Shown here: piece after piece, positions 1-13,000 of the stretch | Layout: the number at the start of each line of letters is the position of its first letter | Numbering within the stretch: the stretch's first letter is position 1 | Assembly: GCA_039096225.1 (NCBI GenBank) | Contig: JBBPEB010000027.1 | Coordinates: forward strand, 1,034,641 to 1,098,640 | Length of the DNA: 64,000 bases | Source of the DNA: Blastocystis sp. Blastoise | Lineage: Eukaryota > Protista > Bigyra: Opalinata | Direction: 5' to 3' | Notes under the pieces: generated by a model | Seen by the model: only the letters and a program-made list of their open reading frames with translations | Database searches by the model: none | Told to the model about the DNA's origin: nothing | Made by a program: the position numbers and the translations under genes

Positions 1-1305
1 CTTTTAAGGAAATATAAAGTATATATATTATATTCTCTTTATAATGTATCAAATAATTATTATTTTTATCATTTTATAAAGTAGATATATATTATATTTA
101 TATATATATACATTTATCACTATTATTTTTTTTATAATATACTTTGGGGTTTTATTTTATTTTTATTATTTATCTTATATATATCAAATTTATTTTATAT
201 ATATATATATTTTTGTTTTTGTTTTTGTTTTTTTTTAATCTTATTTTCTCTTTTATTGGGAATTCTTTATTTATTAGGTTCTATTATATATATAATATAT
301 ATAAATATAATTCATTTTTTTTTAAATATGTATAATCTTCTTCTTTATTAAGAATATTTATTATTTATGTACAATATATATATACATATATATATATATA
401 CATATATATATATATGTTTTTAAAGATACATTTTATTTATTATTTTTATTTATTATCTAAAAAAAAACAAAATATTTATTCTTCTGAATTAATGACAACT
501 CTTTTTTCTTTTTTTTTCTTTAAAAATTTTATCTTTTAAAAAAATGAATATTTTCATTTTATTTACTTTTCTCCTTTTTTTACATTTATGGTGAATTTAT
601 TAGTTCTCGCAAAATATAATGTGTATGAGAGATTTTCTATATACATATAACATTATGTCTTTTATTTACAAACAATTATCAATTACTGTACTATATCCTG
701 TTATTTTTTATAATTTTTTGCTTTGTTATTGTATTCAATGCTTTTTTTTTCATTATTTATATATTATTTTGAATGATATAAATCAATTTAAATATATATT
801 TATGTTTTTATAATTAAATGACACGAAGAATTGTTTATTATTGTTTTTAATTTGTTTTCATAGACAATATTAAGCAAGAAATATATAATATTAACAGAAT
901 CTAATGAAGAAAACGTTATCATTATGATTTGCTTTTTGTATTGAAGAAATATCTGTGTTCGATCGTAATGGATTACGTAGTGACAATATTTGTGTATAAA
1001 AGAGCAGAAGATTTAAAAGAAACAAATTATAATTACGTCAGCAATTTTTTAAAAATTTCCTTTATTTTCTATATTTTCTATAGACTATATATATAGACGA
1101 TGTATGATGTAAGGAGAGTAATTATAAATAAATTTATAAAGTTAAAAATATAAAAAAAATATTTATAAAATAAAGATTCATTTATCTTTCCCCATCGGAA
1201 TCTGCAAAAAATAATTAAAAAAATACGGAAAATCTTGAATTTTTTTTTCTTGCTAAAATATATAAATATATATCGAATTCATAATTTCTCTAAAAAGCAA
1301 TAAGA

Positions 1306-1792
1306 ATGGTTTATTGGATTGTAATATGGTTCTTCCTTGTTATAGCTGTGACTCTGTTGAACAAAACTTTCTTTGCTCAACTTCATTGTCCCTATCCTTT
1401 CACGATTACGTTAGTTCATATGATATCATGTTCTGTGTATTCTATGATTATGAAACAAGTTAATCCTAGTTATTATAATAAACGTGAGATATCTAAGCAG
1501 ACTATGGGAAAGTTACTATTAATGAGTTTTCTTTTCATCTTTAATATTGTAACTGCAAATACTAGTTTAAAATATAATAGTTTAGCTTTAGATCAAATGA
1601 TTCGTTGTACTAATCCTGCATGGACTGCTATAATGCAATATTTCATTGTAGGAACTGTTTTACCTTTTCGTGTTTATTTAACTTTAATACCTATTATTAT
1701 GGGATCAATTCTTGTTTGTATTGGTGATGTATTTATTGTTTTAAATATTTATTTAATTATTTATTTATTTAATTATTTATTGTTTTAAATAT

Positions 1793-1887
<95 letters not shown>

Positions 1888-3090
1888 TTAAACAATGTTA
1901 TATATAAATCTAATCTCTCTAGTTATGGACAACAAAGATGGGTATAATTATCTTATTAACATCATGTATAGCTTCTGCTATTAAGGGAATTATCACTAAA
2001 ATTGTTTTAAGTGGAGATAATCCTATTTCTCCTGTTCAAACATTAGCTATTGTATATATATTATTATTATTATTATAAATCTTTAAAATATTATACATTA
2101 TTTATGTTACATTTTTTTTTTTAATTTTATTTTATATGAATAATGTAATATATTTATTTATTCTATTAGAATTCTTCATTTGGTGCTGCTGAATTGATTC
2201 CTTTCTCGATTTTAATTGAAAAAACATTCTATAGTGAATGGGTTATGAAGTATTTTTTTTTTAATTTTATTTTTATATAATTTTATATAATTTTATTTAT
2301 TCTTGTTTTATTATTAGTAATAAATCAATAATAATAATAATAATAATATATATATATATAGTTCTCCATATACATATTTGATTTTATTAGTTCTTCATGG
2401 TTTATTAGCTTTCTGTTTAAATATCTCTAATTTTGAAGCATGTAAACAAAACTCTCCAATTGTTATTAATATTACAGGGAATATCAAACAAGTATATATA
2501 TGTATTCTATTATTCTATTATTCTATTTATTCTATTTATTATAATTATTTTACTTTTTATGATTATTCTATTTATTATAATTATTCTTATTCAGACACAT
2601 ATTTCATATAATAATAAATGTATAAACTATATATATATATATATATATAGGTAGTTATGGTAGTATTATCTATTTATCTATTTAATCAGCCAATGAAACC
2701 TATTGGTCTTGTTGGGGCTGTTATGACTATTCTTGGATCTATTTGGTATTCTTATGGTATATATATATATATAGATTATTATTATATATATAAGATTATA
2801 ATTATTATTATATTCTAATTTATATAATATTATATTCATTTATATATAATTACATTCTAATTTATATAATATTATATTCATTTATATATAATTACATTCT
2901 AATTTATATAATTTTATATTCATTTATATATAATTACATTCTAATTTATATAATATTATATTCATTTATAATAATTATTATATTCATTTATATAGAAACT
3001 AGTTCTCCTAAAGAGAAACCTAAGAAATCCGTTGATGTTACTCAAACTATCGAGGCTGTCGGATTATTGTCTGAAAAACAAGAAATTTAA
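1306..3090 (+). CDS. Triose-phosphate transporter (TPT)/nucleotide-sugar transporter family membrane protein, 6 exons
   Basis: Exons 1306-1728, 1923-2051, 2170-2249, 2362-2491, 2651-2756, 2996-3090, all GT-AG and in frame. TPT-like motifs: LNK..F....PYP..ITLVH, N.SL.Y.SL...QMIR...P, SP....I.GNIKQV. Multiple hydrophobic helices. Confidence 0.88.
2812..2990. repeat. Intronic minisatellite, ~42-bp unit, ~4 copies
   Basis: Unit attctaatttatataatattatattcatttatatataattac repeated in tandem inside the last TPT intron. Confidence 0.8.
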
Positions 3091-3988
3091 ATTGATCTAT
3101 GATTTATTAGTATCATAAATATTATATATTTATATATTTATTTTTTATTTATTATAAAAATTATTTTCTTTTCTATTCATCCTTGATTTCTATTATGATT
3201 AGTTTCTATATTTCTATCCTTTTTTTTTTCATTATATTCCTCTCTCATCGAATCTCGTTATCGATTTTTTTTTTTTAATTATTCTCACATTTTTTAAATG
3301 AATATATAGTTTGATTAAAAGTTTATTCTATTAGACAACCTAATTTATTACATATATCTATAAATATTGTTCTACATATGATATGTTTCATTAATTCATA
3401 CACAAACAACTCATTTGACATTTGTTTTATAAAATTTATCTTTATTAAAACCATCTATTTTGAACCACAATACATTTTACTGCTAAATTTCTTAAAATCA
3501 TTGTTCTCATTATAATTCACAACTTATAAAAAAGCAAATAAGGAGTAACTCAATCATTATAAACATATAGAATCTTCATAATTATTATAATACTTGATAC
3601 ATATGCATTCTATTATAAATTTTAAAAGTATTATCTACATAAACATATAAGAAAATGTTCTCTAATATCTAAATCAAATCATATAACCTGAATAATGTGA
3701 AATGAAAATGAAATCCAATTTGGTTCTCTATTTCCAGAAATAATAAAAACCATGGTTTCCCCTACTCCTCAGAGGAGCTTCTTCTAGAAGTAATTATTCC
3801 ATTTCAAAGAAACTTCATTATAAGAATCATGATAATTTTTCTATTTTAAGTAAGAATTATATAAATAATCTAGAAAGTAATGAGTTCATAATATTGGATA
3901 ATTTCATGAAATTATCCAATCAGATTACTGAATTTAATGTATGGAATCAACATTTTTTTGGAAAAGCATTTCTATGCTTCTTTTGGAG

Positions 3989-4003
3989 ATTCTCGAAATT
4001 TCT
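3989..4003. promoter_or_regulatory. Heat-shock-element-like motif upstream of HSP60
   Basis: TTCtcGAAatTTC (3990-4002) is a perfect 3-unit nTTCnnGAAnnTTC about 75 bp before the start codon. Extra TTCnnGAA dyads occur near 3732, 3782 and 3903. Similar dyads occur in other promoters in the window, so specificity is uncertain. Confidence 0.55.
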
Positions 4004-4075
4004 TCCAAAAAAAAATAATTTCACATTTTAAAGTAGTTTATTATATTAAAATTCGTTTAAACTTTATATTAAAAA

Positions 4076-6087
<2,012 letters not shown>

Positions 6088-6402
6088 ACAAATTAATATC
6101 ATTCATTTAAATACTATACTCTTTTTCATTTGCTTTTTTTTATTTTTATGTTATTCATTTTTATAAATTTTTAATATTTTTTTTTTGTTTATATAAATTC
6201 ACTTTATTTTGAGGGGTAATATAATATATATATGTTTTTATTATATATGTTTTGTTATTCAAAAATAATAATAATAATTCATGTTGTACAATACAACTAC
6301 AATATAATAATTGACTGATTAATAGAAAAAAAGGAATAGACAATTTATTTTTAATGTTTAAAATAATAATAATAAAATATGTATATATTAATAAAAGTAT
6401 AC

Positions 6403-7423
6403 TTAATTATGTTCAATTTCTTTCCAACCCTAGAATAAAAATAAAAATTATAGAAGATATTATATAAATATATATACATCTTTGGTAACAATCCAATGGC
6501 TAACTCTTCTATGTCTATCTATATAATAGCCACTTTCTCCTTGAACAGTACCTGGACAAGCTATTAATACATTACTCTTTTGAGCCTATATATATATATA
6601 TGTTTGGATATATATATAATTAATTAAAAATAAAATAAATATAACAAATAAAAAACATATATGTACTTTAGCATAGAGTGAATCTAATGTTTCAACAGAA
6701 AGAGGTTGAGTCCAAATTTCAAATTTTTATAAAATATAGAATAAATATAAGTATTAAAAAAAAATGATAACTATAAAAAAAAAATAAATTATATATACTT
6801 GTTTTTCTTGATCAATAATAAAAATATAATAACATAAATTTTGATTATTAATATACCAACCTTGATTATTTTTAATACTATGTAATAATTTCATATCCGT
6901 AAAAACTATCGAATTTTTGTTATCGATTTGATTGTTTTCATTAATAATAGTGTTTTCAGTTTGTTCGTTAAGAATTTCTTCTGTATTTTTAGAAATATTA
7001 TTATTAGAATCTATTTCTTCTTTATCGGATTCTTTTATAACTTTCTTTTCTTCTTCTTCTACTACTATTTCTTTATCTATGATTTCTGTAGTTGTATTGT
7101 TATCTTTAAGAATATTCTCGTTAATGTTATTCTCTATTAAAGATGTATTATTAAGGATTTCATCATTATTTCCTTTTTCTTCTTCTTCTTTTTCTTTTTC
7201 TTTTTCTTCTTTTTGAGCAACCATAGATTTTTCTTCATTTAAATGTATCACAGTATTCTCAACAACATTTATTTCATTATTATTTCCTTTTTCTTGTGAG
7301 ATAGTAGTATCTTGAGTATTTTTATTATCATTAATATCATTAGTATTATCATTAATATCATTAGTATTATTATCAATATTATTATTATTATTATTATTAT
7401 CATTATTATTATCATTATTATTA

Positions 7424-7462
<39 letters not shown>

Positions 7463-9178
7463 TTAGGGGAATTACATGTAGGTACAGGAATAGAAGATAC
7501 ATCTATTTCGGGTAGAGGTGCAGGAAGAGGTGAAGCTACAGAAATATCAGTTGTTTCAACTTTCTTTTCTACTATTTTACCTGTAAACTTTGGAATAGGT
7601 ATATCCGATTTAAATAATTGCCATTTACGTAATAGCCAATCATTCTTCTATATATTGAATATATATAAATAATAATACTATGATATTATATAAAAGATAA
7701 TAATTTTAAATATATAAATGAAAAATAAAAACAATTAATATATAAAAAATAAAAAATAATAAAAAAAAAATAAAATAATAAAACAATATACAAGTAGAAT
7801 AGCTAAGTTATTATCTGATTCTTCAATAAATATATCATGCCAAACATAATCTTGATGTATACTCTTATTTAATAAACTATTAACACACGCACTATATATT
7901 ATAATTATATATATATAATAATAATTAAAATAATAATATATAATTGATTATAAATAGAATATATAAATACAGTTGAATAAGATCTTTTCCAGATAAAAAT
8001 GAAAAGATACGTGGTCCCTCTAATAAAAATGGAGCTAATGCATAAGTATCTATATATAATAACAAAAACATTAATATATATATTTCCATTAAGAATATTG
8101 ATTATTTATATAATTATGAATATTAAATTTTATTATACTGGTTTATATATTATCATTTAAATACTATAAATATAAATATACCTTTAATTTCTTTATTTTT
8201 TGTTTCTCCAAAATGAATAGAATCAGCATATAAAGCAGTATTATCCTGAATCTCTAAACGAATTGAAGAAATCTCTTCCTAATAAATATATATATATATA
8301 TAATAGTAAGTATAATTAATATAGAATATACAGAAAGTATATATATAATATATATAAAGTATATATATATATACTTGTAATTGTTTTAATAGTGATTCTT
8401 TCTCTTTAAGAGATGTATTTAACGTTGTTAAATGATCGTCTATTGATTGAGATTGTAATTTACATTTCTCTTCTTCTTTTTCATCCTCCTGAATGATATC
8501 TACTATCTTTCTATACATAAATAATATATAAAAAAAATAAATAAAAAACATTAAAACATTATTCAAATAATAATAAAAAATAAAAAACATTAAAACAGTA
8601 TTCAAATATAGTAAAACTTATTTAACATACTAAATATTCAATTATCTTAATAATTAATATATATATAAAATTAAATAAATAAACTTACAATCCGACATTT
8701 CTTAGTTCTTCAACAGTAGGATCAGGGAATACAAGTTCTACGGAATAAACAATATGTTTTTCTCTCATCCAAGAATAAGAATTATCCCAAACCATATAAT
8801 ACATTCCAATTTGAGGAATAACTACTTGGCCTTGATGAGGTATATTCGGTTGATAACGTTTAGTAGGTAATATATCTGGAATATCTTCATCTTCTTCAGT
8901 GTCAGTGTCAACTTTGTTAATTTGATCTTCATCTTCAACGGGATTCTCACAACCAGTAATGTAGAAATCTATATCATAATCTCTAGATTGAAAAACCCAT
9001 TGTAAAGTAGTGTTTTTCTTTGTAATTAAAATAGGCAACTCAAAAGCATCACCTGCATTGATTGAAACAGATGTTGTCTTCAATTTTAAAGATCTTTGAT
9101 GACTCCTAAACAATAATAAGCATCCATAATGTTAGAAAAATACTGAAACAAAACAGATTCTTCTTGTATTTGTTGCAT
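6403..9178 (-). CDS. GOLD-domain / coiled-coil / F-box-like protein, multi-exon
   Basis: GOLD-like segment (LQWVFQSRDYDIDF...GMYYMVWDNSYSWMREKHIVY) in 8685-9113, then coiled-coil exons, an F-box-like segment at ~7830-8030, an N/D/E-rich linker and a C-terminus ending ...GWKEIEHN*. One intron (6727-6798) needs a non-canonical acceptor. The start codon is tentative. Confidence 0.75.
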
Positions 9179-10037
9179 TTCTAGATCTAAATATAAAATA
9201 TCAATAATAAGGCACTAATTATTCATACATAAAACTTTATATATAATAAAGGAAGGTTAATTGACGACAAATCTCCTTTTTCTTCCAAAAAAAACATCAG
9301 TTGTGTCTATTTATCAAATAATCATGATTTTATGTCAGGAAAAAAGAAGAATTCTCTTTATCATTATTCTTTATACTTTCACTTCACATGACCACTCAAT
9401 TCTATTTCTTTTTAATGACAGATAGAATCGGTTTTATAATAAAAGTAAATTAATTCGAGAATAATAAATTATATGTGTTATGAATCATTGTGTTATGTAA
9501 TTCATAATCTAAAAGTATTTAGATTCTGATAACCAACTATTTTATGTAAAAATAATATAACAATTGTGAGAAATATCCATAATTTGGTTAATATAATTGT
9601 GTAATCTTAGTAATTTCATATATATTAGTATTTGTTTGTGTAGACAAAATAAATATGATGAATATAATGAATGAAATAGGAGAGACAAATAACAATGAGA
9701 TCAATAAATACACCCCAACACTTTGAAACATTTAGTATATGATACGATTCATATAGAATAGCTAACGATAATTTTTATTTTTATTTAAAAAAAATAAGAG
9801 ATGTGGAAAAAAGATTTGTAAAATAAAAAATCATGTAGATTTCCAAAAAAATTGGAGAGACTTCTTAAAAAAGCTGGAAGAATTCTGAAATGTATATTTC
9901 TGTGTTTTAAGGCGTTTCATATTATTTATCGTTATCTAATTGTTTATAATTAATATATTTATAAATTTCTTTAAAGATTGCGCTGATTATTAATTTGATA
10001 AAGATAATAATAATTTATACTATAATTACGGTCAAAG

Positions 10038-13000
10038 ATGAATTCTCGTTGTTTAACGACGTTAAAAAAATCATATAGAAAGCAACAAGGCAACGCTGTG
10101 TTACAAGAAAATGAACTTAATGAATTGAATCTAACAGATGAAGATTATGATGAGTATCCTGTCCTTAATGTTTCTTTAGAAAACCAACCTTCTTATTATG
10201 TAGATGATTATTTCTATATGTCTGATGATTCTGCATGCTTAGATCCTATTCAAGAAGTAACTGATGTTGATTCTGATTCTTTAAATGATATAACAAGTCA
10301 ATTGAGTTCTAGATTGGAAGAAACTCAGAATCCAGATCAACCCTCCTTTATTATGTGTAATAGAACTCTTGATGATTATAGTGTAGTATATAATCAGAAA
10401 GTACAAGATACAACTAGAGTAATGAAAGAATTAACAAGTCATCCTAAGAAATTCTTTAATGATTATCAAGATGATTGTTCTTCTTTAGTAGTTTTACGTG
10501 AATTCTGGAAGAGATCTCATAATAGACAAGATGATGAAGAGATGAATCCTTTTCAAGAAAGAAGAAAACGATATTATGATAGAGATGAAATTGATTCGGA
10601 TACTGATAGTGATGATGATGATGATTTTGATGATTTAGAGACATTCACTAGAAGAGAATCGATTAGTTTTAGTGATATTTCTACATTATCGTTTAAAGAT
10701 AAAAATAGTAAACAACATCATAATTCTAATAATGAAAATAATGATAGTGAATCTAATGAAGATGATGAAGATGATGATGAAGATGATGATGATGATCTCT
10801 TTCATATACGTAAACGAAGTAATTCTTTAACTCTCGTTACAAATGATAAAAGAAATTCGATTTGTTTATCAACTACAAATAAATATAAAGATGAATTATT
10901 AAAGAATATGGATCAAGAAACATTTCCTGATCGTGATTCTATTATCATTCCTAAAATAAATGATTCAATTCAAAGAATAAGTATAGATAATAGTATTGAT
11001 AAAGAAATGAATGATATAGAGGAGAATAGTAAAGAAAATAAAACTCATAATATAGTAAATAATAATATCCAAAATACTATAAATGATTCAAAGAATATAA
11101 ATCCGATATTACGTTTTTCATTTGATAATGAATCCAATATATTTGCTCCAGATTTATTTAATGATTCAGAACCATCTTCTCTTCATTCTTCTACTCGATC
11201 TTCTCTTATATCTAATAGGATGTCATTAAGAAATTCTATTCGAAATTCACTTATAAGAAAAAATAGTAATGATAATAATAATAATATTATAAATAGTAAT
11301 AATTGTAATACTATTAATACCAATAATAACGATAATAATAATAATAATATTATAAATAATGATATAATTAATACTCCTATTACTAATAATAATAATCCTA
11401 TAAACCTTAATATAGATCCATTCTCCTCATCTACATTAATTCCTTCTTCTTTAATAAATTCTGATCAAACAGCAACTATATATCGTTCTTCTTTATCTCA
11501 TTCACGTAAAAATTCTCTACTTAATAATGATATATCTTTAAAATCATCACGTCTCTCCTTATCATCCTCTCATAGATCTTCTTTATCTCTATCCAATCGA
11601 CAATCTCTTTCATTATCACGTCACCAATCATTCTCTTCTTCTCAACGACTGTCTTTATCAAATATACAACAAACGTTACTGTCCTCTTCACAACGATTAT
11701 CAATCTCAAATTCTATTCGAAATTCTTCTATTACTCCAATGCATTCTCATTCAAGATCATCTTCTTTTTGTATTGAAACAATTGATGGACCACTTCTTAT
11801 TGATCCATTGGAATTAGATCTTGATACTAATGTTCATAATAAAAATAATTCTAAAGGAATTAAATCTTCTTTTGATAATAATTATAGGAAAAGATCATTC
11901 TCAAATAATGATTCTCCTTATCCTTATACTACATCCTATAATTTATATCAAAATAATAATACATATAGTCCTAAAGAACAAAACAATAGTTCAACCAATC
12001 ATTTACATTGCCGTACAAATTCATTTAAATTAGATTCTTCTTCATTACCTTTTCCACTTTTATCTCCTTCATCACCTGCTAAAGAACATTCTTTTTCTTC
12101 TTCAAATCAGATCAATTCATCTGTGGATTCAAATAAAAAACTAAATACTACTCTATTGTCTGATATCAATAATAATAAGAATACTGTAAATATAAATAGT
12201 AATATATCTAGCTATAATAATGAAGATTCTTATCATACAGAAGATACTACATTATATTTAGATAGTGATACATTAATTAATGAATCATTTCAGGATAATT
12301 CATCACAAATAGAAGATAATTCATTAAGTGATACATCTTCAGTTATTATTCATTCAAGTAATCAATCAGATCCTTATTATACTTCTCTTCCTTCTTCAAC
12401 TCTTGATGATAATCAATATTATCCTTTATACATGAATGAAAAAGGATCACAAATGAATAATGATCAAAATCAATTCACTATTACTCAATCAAATAACTTT
12501 ATGAAAAATGAATCGTATTTAGATTCAAATGATTGTTTAAATAATGAAAATGAAATAAATACTGATTCTATATCACAAGTTGATTTATATACTAGTTCTA
12601 ATTCTAGAAAAAATTCACTGAATTCACTAAATTCATCTATTCCTGATTCACCTAGTCACAATTCATCTATTCATGATTTACCTATTTATAATTCTTCTAT
12701 TCATGATTCACCTATTCCTGATTCACCTACTCACAGTTCTTCTATTCATGATTCACCTATTCCTGATTCACCTACTCACAATTCATCTATTCATGATTCA
12801 CCTATTCCTGATTCACCTACTCACAATTCATCTATTCATGATTCACCTATTCAAACTCCTTCTCCTCCTCCTTCTATTGAATCTCTTTCAAAACATACAT
12901 TTCCACAATTCTTGGAATCTCCTATTTTACCTAGAAAACAATCTATTTCTCGTTCTTCTTTAATAAAAAAGAATTCTTATTCAAAACAACAAAATGAATA

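Noticed and set aside
1-1300. ORFs 144-335 and 619-813
   Set aside because: Low-complexity F/I/Y translations of AT-rich non-coding DNA. No tRNA or rRNA was recognised anywhere in the window.
2812-2990. CRISPR-like array (also considered 12630-12850)
   Set aside because: Contiguous tandem repeats without unique spacers, in a eukaryotic intron or CDS, with no cas genes.
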